DNA of 64,000 bases from Monocercomonoides exilis PA203 (lineage: Eukaryota > Protista > Preaxostyla): contig LSRY02000019.1 in NCBI GenBank assembly GCA_001643675.2, positions 372,001 to 436,000 of the forward strand, in the 5' to 3' direction. The notes under the pieces are model-generated. The model saw only the letters and a program-made list of their open reading frames with translations. It was not told the DNA's origin and did not search any database. The translations under genes were made by a program, and so were the position numbers. This document shows, piece after piece, positions 25,805 through 36,551 of the stretch (positions are counted from its first letter, which is position 1; the number at the start of each line of letters is the position of its first letter).

Positions 25805-28560
25805 AATGTTATTCTGCTCGTTTCAATCTATCAAGTGCAAAAGTCACATTTTGATAGCATCTCATGAAAGCAGCATAGACATGACAAATGTTTCGATGAG
25901 AAATATGGAGCTGATGATCAGAAGAATTGTTTCTGTGCTTTCACAGGCTGTGTGGAGAGGCGAGTTGATATGATTGATCGAAGTCAACAGTTTAATAGTT
26001 CAGCTGAAATGTTTCGCGCTTTTTTTGCTTCTCCAAAGTACTCTATCTGAACCTTCCTTATCAGCTGCGTTGGTAGCGAGCATTGCAGCGTGTCTGTGCA
26101 AAACACGTCGATCAAAAATTGTGGAAGTAGCCTGAGTGAGAGGGGTGGAGGAATGATTATGAGCTTAAGCGAAGGAGGCTTTTTTGAGTGCAGTTTTTCA
26201 GCTATCTCTGAATGTTTCTGTTCAGCAACTGGTAGTGGATGTGCAATATTCCTGGATTGCTCATCAATTAAAAGGGAAGGCTTGCTTCCTTTTCTGTTTG
26301 TAAGCACAACTTTTATGAATGACAAGGCGTATAAGAGGCGAGACTTGTATGTCAAATGCGCGAATGTCAAAACTCAAATAGGCGCAGAGCTGTTCGAGCT
26401 CGACTTCGGGCCTCCGTTTGTTCGGGATCTTGCCATGTAATATGCACTGCACCAGACTATGGAGACGAGAAAGATCTGTTGCTGCTTATGGTTGTGGATC
26501 AGAGCGAGACGATATTTGCGTCTTCTTCATCCGATAATGCCTCCGATTCGCGCCAGTGTGGTTTTATGAGCGAACCGTGCATTTTGTTGAATGTTGCGCT
26601 GCCCAACATAATTCCTTCTGCTCACAGCAATTTGCTGATTGACAAAAGCGCTGAGGTGACAGGGGAAGCAAGCGCTTACGATGTCTCGATCAAGTCGCTG
26701 GATGCAGAAGGCGTCAAAGGGGTGCTCCACCTGAACTGCTTCATCGAGAGCAAGACGGGCAGTCTTTTTGCATGCTCGTCGAGAGTGAAAGTGGAGTTTC
26801 TGACGATTCTGTTAGGAAGCGCTTTTTCTTCTTCGCATACCAGCTTGTTATCTCTGATTGATGGAAACTTGTCGATTGCAGATACAGAATTTGCTCAAGA
26901 AGATTCGTGTGGAAACTTTAAAACGACGTTGAACTTCTCTGTCATTCTTGTGGAGAATGGCAGGTTATCAATCAGCAGATGCACTTTTGCTTCTCTCCGT
27001 CTCAGTTCTTCGTGCGTAGAAGCAAGTGGTAGGCAATATATCTCGTGTGCTTTTTTGAATTTTTCAGATGTTATATCTGGTGTACTGATGGTTTTCCACG
27101 ATCTTGCAAAGCTGTCCATGCTGCTTTTGCACACATCAAATTGCAGAGTTCTGTGATCAGGCCTCATTCTTCGTAACTGCAAAGACTTCCAGCTTCAGAA
27201 CAGTCAGATGAGAGGCATTTGGAACGGTACAAATATGATTGTGCTTTCCTCAGATGATTAGGGTGGCAATTCAGACATCCAGGGCATTCATTTGGAATTT
27301 GATAATACGCGCATTTCAAGTGAATCGTTGGTTTCTGTTGAATGTCAAGATTAAGATATTGAGATGAATTTCTCGGCCATTTCAAAGACAGTGCTTAAGG
27401 ATGGGTTTGCGGTGAGTGCAATGTCAAATGCCTCAGCAATCCGGTTGAAGCTGTCATCATTTCAAAATATTACCCGAGATTCGTTTGTTCCGTGCTACTT
27501 GGCTGCTTCACCTTAATCTTTATTGCTGGAATTGAAGAACTGCTCGAACAAAAAGTGTGCTTCGCCACCTGAAAAAGGGAGCACTGCAGCGTTGGCAGCT
27601 TTGATGAATGTTAACTTTTCTAATGTTCATTTGATGGAGCAGCTGGCGTGTAAACGTTTGGAACATACGAAAATAGTTTCGAAAATTTGTGCCTGTGGAT
27701 TGAATCAATGGCTGATCTTCAGAATTGCTCAGGAAGGATAATTGACACGAGCATTGCCAACTCATCGAAAGGAGGGCTGTCTGTGTCAAGTGGAAGAATC
27801 TCCGTTCAATTTGGATTGTTTGCCAACAACAGCCCGAATGCAACTGGTTATCCATCCATGAGGAGCAACATCGCATGCTATGGACATGCTCCGCTGAACA
27901 TTCAAAGCCTGAAAGGTGGAGATGGCATTCTTCCTAACACTTCTTTACGGATTGCAGACAACAATTGTACCCTATCAGGCTTGACCTCGGAAAGAGTATC
28001 TCTACTCTTCATTCTACAGCTGGCTTCAGTGAAATCTCGCCAGCAAAGTGAGACCCTTGCCATTGATCTTGCGTGTTCCTTGCTCATGCCCTGTGGCTTG
28101 TCCTCCAGGTTGATTCCTTCGATGGCTCGGTTCACAATCTCCAGGTGTATATGCTGCAACCACAATATTTTGAAAATGAAACTATAATTCTTGCAGTCTT
28201 TCCATCATTAATAGTGATAACAGCTTCTGAGACAACGGAAGTGACTTTGAGCCTTCTGTTTGGAAACATTGACTCGCCTCCTTCAATTGATCCATTCATT
28301 CCGAGAAACAGAAGAAAACTTCAATCAAAAGCAGATGAAAGAATTGTTAAAGGAAGAAGAGAAAGAAAACCGTCTCGAACATCGATTGTGATTGTTGTTA
28401 TAGCAACATTTTTTTGATTGTGCTGATTGCGTCTTAATCGTTGCAATTCTTTGGAGAAAATCAAAAAGACGAACAAACGAACTGGAAGAGATTGTGTATG
28501 ATTACGCCAAAAAAGGTCCAAAGGCATTTAAGTGGGAACGGAGGAGATGTCACATGAAGC
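25805..28560 (+). pseudogene. Degenerate member of an expanded beta-helix-like type-I membrane protein family (cargo of unit A)
   Basis: Consecutive fragments in shifting frames (26090..26440, 26356..27156, 27687..28187, 28073..28417) contain GGG/CxF-type repeats and SLKGGDG, and end in a TM-like SIVIVVIATFF followed by a basic stretch. Many stops and frameshifts. Confidence 0.7.
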
Positions 28561-29029
28561 TAAGTTGAGGAGAGAATAGAACAAGATGCAGTGAAGAAGA
28601 ATGTTGAGAGGCTTTGTGAAATAAATCGATAAATGAAAATTGAATACATACACTTAACGGATAAAGTGACAAAGATGAAAGCTGCATTAATCTGCGAATT
28701 CAACTGTGCACTTCAGAGATATCAACTTTGTTGGCTGTAGATTATTCCGCGAACATCAAAAGAAACAAATTTTTGTTTAAGATATTTTATTACACAGAGA
28801 TCAAAATAAGTTAAAAAGTTGAAAATAGAACAGAATAACAAGAATAAGCTTTTAATATTCGATATTTCAAGCTCATTTTATCAAATAAAATCTTCTTTTA
28901 ACATATATCAAATTTTGTTTAAGAATAAAGAAAAGTCTCAGCTTTTGAGAATTTTGCAATTTTTTTATTGATATAGTGAAATATAAAATGAAAAAACATT
29001 ATCATTTGAGTTCATAACTTTTTCATAGA

Positions 29030-29305
29030 AACTTTATTTAAGTGTATCGCACTTTATTCAAGTGTCACTTCAACCATTTAAGATAACATGACTTTATTTA
29101 AGAAAAACGCAGTTCATTCAAATAAGTTGAATTTATTCAAATAAATAAATTCTATTTAAAATTCATCTAATAGATGAAATTTAAATAAAAATTTTCTATT
29201 TTAATAACTTCATTTTATTCGAATAAAACATAACTTTATTTGAATAAAACTTATTTTATTCAAATAAGCTCACTTCATTTAGAAATTCCCAACTTCATTT
29301 GAGTT
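29030..29305. repeat. A/B junction: right array of A, CATCT-AAT-AGATG inverted core, left array of B
   Basis: About 7 repeats of ~20 bp, then tttaaaattcatct-aat-agatgaaatttaaa, then about 6 repeats ending ttcatttgagtt exactly as in the array at 24879-24890. Confidence 0.85.
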
Positions 29306-30599
29306 TCTGTTTTGTTATGATTTTAAAAAGAACAGAATAATGAACATTATAATTTGAATGTTTGATAAAAATTTATTTTATGTATTTTTCTCTCTTGTGT
29401 AAAAGTGAAAATATGATTTCATTTTTCTGAAATTCAAAAAAATGAACATATTGGTTTGGATGCAATTAAAGGAAATTACAAACATGCATACATTATAAAT
29501 ACATTAATCAAAAACAATTTTTTCCGTTTCTCTGATAAAGAGAAATTGTTGAAAACGAAAATTAAAAAAAATATGGAAATTTGAAAATACAGATATTCGA
29601 TATTTGGCTAACAAGACAATGGATCATTATGCAAACGTAATACATGGAGCAAACAAGTTCTTTTTAAGCGGATGACCATAACTTTTATGGCAAATTGTTG
29701 ATGGAAGGTGAAATAAACACTAATAATTCAATTGTGTCTTCTTGGCGCATTGATACAGTGTTGATCTTCAAATATGCATGTGCGAATGAGAAAAAATGAT
29801 TTTGGTTTGTAATGAATGTTTATTTTTGTTGAACTGTGATGGATGGATTGTTATTTTATCATTTGCACATTCGAGTTTAAATTAAGGCTTCAAAATGTAA
29901 AATGCGGAACAAAAAGAACGAGCAACACAGAGATATATACTTTATTGTTTTGAAGAGGAAGAAATCCATTTGCTCCAAGATGAAAAAAAGCGAAGAAATA
30001 ATTTATGAATGAAAGATAGGCAGATGAAAAAAAAGTGAAAATACGAAAATTGAGAGTGTTCATGATTCGCAAAACTCCAAACGTTTATTCTGGTTGAGGG
30101 AATGCTTAAGTTGAAAGATATTTTTTTATCTAAGAAGAGGAAATAATAGAGAAAAATGAGAGTTGGTAGAAAAAGAAATGTGGATTACCATTTGTTTCCT
30201 TTTTTGAAGGAAAGAAGTAAAGGGGCAAGTTGAATGTTTGAAGGATTCAGTGGAAACTGCTTGCCAGAAGAATGTGCAACCAAAGAAGAATAATTCAGAT
30301 TCACACTTGTTTCAACGAGAGTCTTTGTATTAATTATCGTTAACCTTCATTATTCCAAATATCAAATAATTTCATCATAACATCTTCTTTTTCTTCTTCA
30401 TTTCTTTCAAACTGCAATGATCTGTTCCTGCCTTCTTGTCTTCACTTATTGCTGGCGGGGATTCAACGCAGAAACGCTCGAAAACACATTCTTTCACCTT
30501 CAATGAAATACTGCTTCTCATGTGCCGTAGAAAGCAAAGGTTAATTTTCATCTTCTCATCATCTTTATTCTTCCTTTTTTTTCTTCTTCCAGATCAAGT

Positions 30600-31652
30600 T
30601 CCACTTTCTTCATTTGTTTCATCAATCCGATTTGGAGCAGAACGCCTATCTGATTCACCATTCTGGAGGCGGAGAAGCGAAGAGAAGAAAGTGACAGGAG
30701 ATGATAAGCCATCATCAGCACCTGTGATTGACCCTTCGGATGCGTCGGTGGTGGCAGCGTCATACACATAGGTGGCAGCAATGGAAGAGATAGAGAGGCG
30801 GCTGCGAATTGCGGTGCCTAAGGCAGCAGGGGCGTATGTAAATCACAAGAAGTCGTTTTTGAGGGAATTGCAGACGCTTCGAGGGATATGTAGTGGAGCG
30901 GCGGGCGGTGCTGTATGGGGTTGTACTGTGTGCCTACGATATGATGCTTTTGGCAATGCTTTCTGTTCCGCTGGTGGAACCGCTTCCGTCGCTTGCAGCT
31001 TCGGTGGACACGAAGTCGGGGAGCAAGCGGATCTTTGCAGTGGCGGATGTGAATGAATTCCGATCGATCAACGATCTGTTTGACCCTTCACTGCAAATAT
31101 GGTGATCGCAACAGTCGAGGCGTGTGGTGGTGAAGCTGGACGAGGAAGTGATGAAGTGATGGGCGAGGGGTTGCAGTGTGTGAAGTGGGAGAGATTATGG
31201 AGAAGGGACTGCATGTAGTGGGGCTGAGGATGGGGGATGTAGTTCTGTCACCAGCAGCAATTGCGCTGGCGGTGCTGGAGGAGCGGGAAGAAGCAGAGGA
31301 AGGAGAAAAGGGAGGCAAAGAGGGAGGCAAAGAGGGAGAAGAAAAGGGAGAAGAAGATGGAGGGAGAGAGGGAGGTGATGTGAATGAGGAGAAAGGCGGC
31401 TATCCGGCAGCGCACAGAGAGTTTGTGGAGAGAATCAAAGAGAACAAGGGGAAGCTGGAAGAAGCGATGGCGCCGTTGATTGTGGAGGCGCTTGGGCTGA
31501 GTGGGCTGAGGTTTGTGAAGGCAGAGGTTGAGGTGGGCGCAGACAAGCAGCATTCAGTTGAACCAGAAGTGTGCAGATCTTCTCCATCCGATGGTTTCAA
31601 CAGGAGATTTCAAGAGCAGAAGAAGAATCAGCAGATGGGTCTTTGGATATAA
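30600..31652 (+). pseudogene. GC-rich decayed gene fragment of unknown family (cargo of unit B)
   Basis: ORFs 30436..30771 and 30772..31056 abut across an in-frame TAG. They continue through frameshifts into 30893..31105 (TGA) and 31176..31652. Confidence 0.55.
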
Positions 31653-31999
31653 CTTTAGATGGAAGTTCAGATGGAGAAAAGAAAGATGAGGAACAAATGC
31701 AAATGTCGAAGAATGATTTGGCTATGTTTGAGGAGTAGGGGATAGAGGGCGGTTCGATTGATTTGGAGAAGGAAAAAGAGGAGGAGGAAGAAGAGAATGC
31801 TGATGGAGACATGAAGTTCATTTTTAAGAAATGTAAAGGACAAAAGCAGAAAGATGAAATAATACTTGAGGTTCTGGAGAAATGGACACAGAAGAAGTAG
31901 CTTCAGCTTCACATCAAAAAGGTATATTTTCACAAACATAGTTGAAGCGGAAGGAATAGGAAGAGAGTGTGAGGAAGAAAATAAAGAAAATGAAGAGAT

Positions 32000-32952
32000 G
32001 AAATTTCTCATGAATATCCATTTGAAAAAAAAGGAGATAAGATGATTGGAAGTCAAATGTTGCACTCAGAATTATCAGCTGTATTGCTGTTCCACAATCT
32101 TAGTGTTGGAGTTGTTGAACCACATTGCTGGAATGGAGATTGGGTTATGGCATTGCTTCTAAAGAAAACAACGTTTCCTCTTCCATCAGTTGCAGTGTTG
32201 CCATCGAAGAAACAGAATGTGATGAATATGACTCCATTCATCCAAATGAAGGTGTTTATGCAGCACAGCCCAGCTCATCCGCGTGTGGAAGAAGCAGTCA
32301 ATTTGTTGTTTATGAATTGGTAATCATTTACTAAAAACTGACTTGGCTTATTGCTTGGTGGATTTTGAAAAGTGAGAGAGCCAGCAGAATCACCACCAGA
32401 ATTTGAAATGCACTTGCATTTTGTGAACAGGAATTGGTCGTTTGATGGAAAAGCACCAATATAAAAATGCCATCCAGCTCCACATCAACTTGTTATTGAA
32501 CAACTTTCTACAATGTTTTCTGAGAATGAATTATTTGTTGAGTGAATTGAGTGGGATGAGTGAAGGGAGGAAGAGGGGATTGTATTGATGTTGATGTTGG
32601 TGGAAGTGGAAGAAGAGGAAGAGGTGGTTGAGATGAAAGGATTGAGTGAGTGTGATGGGGGATTGAAGAGATAGATGGGATTGGGGAGATGGGATGCTTG
32701 AGAAGAGGGTGTTTGAGAGATGAAAATTGAGGTGAATTTGGAGGTGGGGATGAGAATGGTGATGGATATGGAGAGGGGAAGGAGAAAAAAGGAAGGAATT
32801 GTGAAGAGAGATGAAAGAGGAGAAAGAAGAATCAGAGACGGAGAAGGAGGCAGGGATTTGGGGATTTGCATCTGGGAGGAGATAATATGGGATGAAAAAG
32901 AGCTGGAAGGAGAGGAAGAAGAAAAAAGAAAATCAAGTTTGTCAGTGTCCAC
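32000..32952 (-). pseudogene. Decayed beta-helix-like family gene fragment (second cargo of unit B)
   Basis: ORF 32485..32952 continues past in-frame stops into 32053..32241 (FCFFDGNTATDGRGNVVFF...QCGSTTPTLRLW). This resembles the F..N.A...GNDVY....CSTSS segment of the intact genes at 59803-64000. Confidence 0.6.
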
Positions 32953-33339
32953 GTTGCATTAAGTGCATTTTTACAGTTATTTGTGTATTAGACATTGAAA
33001 TTGTTCAGAGCATTTCACTTTTCCTTTTAACATTTTTATCCAAATAAAAATCGTATCATCTGTGTTTTTTTCTAAATAAACGTAAAATTATTAGTGAAAT
33101 AAACTTTAACTCTCGGTTTTTTTTCTTTTTCTTTTATTTTCTTTTCTTTTTTTTTTTTTTTGACTTTGAAGCACATTTTGTTGGAATTTGGTCATATTTC
33201 CAATTAAAAACTTAAAGATCAAAATTGTTTAAAAAAATTGTATTATTTATACTTCAAAAAACTACACCAAATGAACCAATTAGCAATTTCGAAAAATAAA
33301 ATATAATTTATCAAAATTTTTTCATGATGGATTTCAGCG

Positions 33340-33454
33340 TTAATTTAAATAAATTATCTTCATTTAAAATATACCAACTTCATTTAAAATAAGCTCACTT
33401 TATTAGAAAAAAATGGATTTATTTGAATTGAAGAAGTCTATTCAAATTTCATCT
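33340..33454. repeat. Right-end repeat array and TIR of unit B
   Basis: ttcatttaaaatataccaac / ttcatttaaaataagctcac / tttattagaaaaaaatgga / tttatttgaattgaagaagtctattcaaatttcatct. Confidence 0.8.
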
Positions 33455-34864
33455 GATGAAAACTTAATTGCTCGTATTTCTTTTTTTGAATTTCAAAGGA
33501 ATTAGGAATACAAAAATTTTGTAGGGATTGGCAGTTATTAATCTATTTCCAACAAAAGTGTTCAAATGTTTTTGAAGCTCTTGCATTTGATTGCCTCTCA
33601 CTTGTTCATTTTTTTCTCTAAAGTTTAAAACCTTTGTCAATCCTTTTAAAATACTAATCCATATTACAAATTTGTACACGCCTTTTTTTTTATCTCTTAT
33701 TAGCGTTTAAAAGATATGTTGATTTTCAAAAATATAATCAAGTCATAATATGATTTTCATAAAGCGCAAAAGATTATAAATAAATAATACAGCGGAATGA
33801 CAACACTGTTTGTCCATTTAGTGAGTGACAAAACAAAAAGGATAAAAAATAGAAATGAAAAAGCAAATATTAAAATGAAAATTTTAAACAGACAAGAAGA
33901 GAAATTGAGAGTTTTCAGAAAGACTCGATACTTCTTTAGCAAGCAAAGAGATGATCGATATATATGTTCAGCATATAAAATGTAAATAAAATAAATATTT
34001 TCAATATTAGTACATAAAACTGTTTAAAAACGTTAACCTTAAAAAGAAGTTGAATGCATATCAAACGAATCAAGATGAATACAATCTTTAAAAAAAAATA
34101 TTAAATAGATAAACTAATCAATAAAAATCGAATACATGAAGGGTATAAGAATAAAGCTTGACAAAAATAGCTTGGAAGGATAGAAGTTTTAAAACTGGAA
34201 GTTGATAATACATAACAAAACGACATATGTTTTTCAATGGAACTATAATTCCATTAATTTTTTTTTCAATTCATACTGAAGCAAAAACATTAACCCAACA
34301 ACATACAATAATTTAAAAAAAAAATTAAATATATAATTTTTAAAATAGACCACTTAAAGAAAATCAAAAATTGTATTTAAAAAAAAGTAGATATACAATA
34401 CGTAAGCAATAACATTAACACAATGCATTCAATCAACATATCGTACATAATTCAAAAAAAATAATAATTGATGAATAACAAGAAGTGAAACGACTTTGAA
34501 ATTAAGAAGCAAAGAATGCATGTAAATAAAAGTGACTTACGATGTGTTAGCAACGATGTATCACTTTAAGATGAAAAAAAAAGGTTAACATCAAAGACAG
34601 AAAGGTTAATGGAAAGCTACAGATTAGAATGCAGATAAATGATTATACATTGGTAGAAGGAAAATACAAATATACACGCGCACTAACTGAGGCTCGAAAA
34701 TAGAAGAAAATTACATATGTGATTGTTTGAAATGAATAAGATCAGCTTAAAAAAACACATAGAATACAGAACTTTGAAATAATTAACTCATTATTTCTTC
34801 CTCATCGAAGAAATTTTTATTTATACATCCCAAATGTTGTTGATAGACAACTCAAAATCGTGTG

Positions 34865-36007
34865 TCATTGAGAATTTTTGCCTGCCACCGAGCATTCAAC
34901 AACATTGCTCGTTATTGATCCTGAACCCAAAACAGAGTTTGAACAAGGAGATGGATTAGGAGTTCGTGAAGGGCTTGTATTTGGGGTTACTTCGCATTGT
35001 TCACCTTTCAAAGTACTCAAATTTGTTGAATTTGTATCTGATTTCGTACTTAATGCTGCGCTATTAGTTGTATTTGAATTATTGCTACTATCAGTGCAAG
35101 AAACACTTAAAGAAGAAGTCGAAGAAGATTTTTTTGGAATAGAACTCGAAGATGAAAGCTGGGTATTTACAGCAAAATCTCCGGTTCCTTCAGTCAAAGG
35201 CTTTGAGCTATTTGTAATTTGATTTGAAGGATCCGCGTTTGTTGAAAGTGCCATTAAATAATAGTGATATGTTGCTTCATTAACGGTTACAGAGTAGTCC
35301 AGCAAAGCGAGAATTGTTCGCTCGAATTCATTCAAAGTGAGAAGAGGTAATTGAAAAGCTTCAGCCATCATCTTATTCTTAAATGTGTGATCGCTATTTT
35401 GTTTATGTGCAATAAGCAAACACACAAAGAATGCACTTTTCATACTTCCCCGAAGAAGAATAAATGTTCCGCATTTCCAATGCTTTTTCCACAATTCATC
35501 AAATAAAATTACAGCTTGAACGATTTCCGTTGTTCGAAACCGAAGATGAGTTTGGAGCACTTTCAAAGCCTTTAACGTTGAAGTATATGTTTCTGCCTGA
35601 GTTGCTAATAGGCATTGTTGATATTCGTTTTCCAAACCTTTTTCCACAAGTCCTCTAAGTTTTAATCCACATGAAGTGTCAATCCCGCATGATCTGTCTT
35701 TCATTCCTGAGCGATAGAAATATGAAGCAACTTCCGTTAAACCTGTTTTTGCGCAAATGGGACAACAACTCTCATAATCAATGTCTGCTCTTTTATCCAT
35801 CGCTAAAACTCCAAGACTCAAAGATGCCACTTGGGACACATGACTAGCTGCCATTGAAAGCACATTTGAAGGAGCAGGAACTGGATCCAAAACAGATGCA
35901 ACAGGATCGCAACATGCATAAGCAGGAGGTGCCGAATGCTTCGGCTCTTGTGGCTTACACGATTTTGAAGTTAAACTTTGGGTATACTTATCTTTATCTG
36001 TATTCAT
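34865..36007 (-). CDS. Cyclin, PHO80/P-U-type cyclin box, with a Ser/Thr-rich tail
   Basis: EIVQAVILFDEL...AFFVCLLIAHKQNSDHTFKNKMMAEAFQLPLLTLNEFERTILALLDYSVTV. Confidence 0.85.
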   Translation of the reverse strand: MNTDKDKYTQSLTSKSCKPQEPKHSAPPAYACCDPVASVLDPVPAPSNVLSMAASHVSQVASLSLGVLAMDKRADIDYESCCPICAKTGLTEVASYFYRSGMKDRSCGIDTSCGLKLRGLVEKGLENEYQQCLLATQAETYTSTLKALKVLQTHLRFRTTEIVQAVILFDELWKKHWKCGTFILLRGSMKSAFFVCLLIAHKQNSDHTFKNKMMAEAFQLPLLTLNEFERTILALLDYSVTVNEATYHYYLMALSTNADPSNQITNSSKPLTEGTGDFAVNTQLSSSSSIPKKSSSTSSLSVSCTDSSNNSNTTNSAALSTKSDTNSTNLSTLKGEQCEVTPNTSPSRTPNPSPCSNSVLGSGSITSNVVECSVAGKNSQ

Positions 36008-36551
36008 TTGCGAAATGATGAAACTTTAAATCCAACACTAACCTTTCGATCTTACGCCCTTATTGTACATTATTGAAGATCTCCTTTTCAACATAATTAA
36101 TAATTCAATTTTGACTTTTTTTCTAGAAAAGTGGATAAAACAATTATAAGATTATTATCTTCATTTATCAAAGAATATATTATATTATATATTTTTGAAC
36201 CGAATGTTTCTTTGAAAATTAAAAAAGTGTATGAAAAACAAAAAAATGAATAAAACACACTACACTTTGCATAAATTGATTTTGGAATAAATTCTATGAA
36301 TTTTCTGTAAAAGAAAACAATGATTTATTCGAAATATTTTGTTTCAGATATGAAAATGAATGAAAAAGTTTTTTTCAGAAATTATTTTTTTCAAGAACAC
36401 TATTAATGTGTTTTTCATGTCTTTTCGATTTTATGCATTTGTTAATGTGATATGATATTTATTCACGCATGTTACTTTAAAAATAATTGAAGAAATTCAA
36501 AAAGATTACTTTCTAAATGTGCCCATAAGAATAATAAGTTAACTCGAAAAA

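Larger units (their letters stand above)
24759..29168. mobile_element. Unit A: TIR-bounded non-autonomous element (~4.4 kb) carrying pseudogene cargo
   Basis: Left end AGATGGATTGTGAATAGATTTTTTTTATTTAAATAAA; reverse complement of right end AGATGAATTTTAAATAGAATTTATTTATTTGAATAAA (ungapped, about 80% identical by eye). Subterminal repeat arrays at both ends; AAT on both sides. Confidence 0.7.
29172..33454. mobile_element. Unit B: TIR-bounded non-autonomous element (~4.3 kb) carrying pseudogene cargo
   Basis: Left end AGATGAAATTTAAATAAAAATTTTCTATTTTAATAA; reverse complement of right end AGATGAAATTTGAATAGACTTCTTCAATTCAAATAA. Arrays at 29195-29305 and 33340-33430. Flanks are AAT and GAT. Confidence 0.7.

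Noticed and set aside
29030-29305. CRISPR array interpretation of the ~20-bp periodic repeats
   Set aside because: Units are contiguous and degenerate with only 5-8 variable nt, there are no 25-40-nt unique spacers, no cas genes, and the context is eukaryotic.
33460-34860. Possible ncRNA or hidden gene in the long AT-rich gap
   Set aside because: No GC-rich structured block, tRNA or credible exon chain is visible; most likely cyclin 3' UTR and intergenic DNA.
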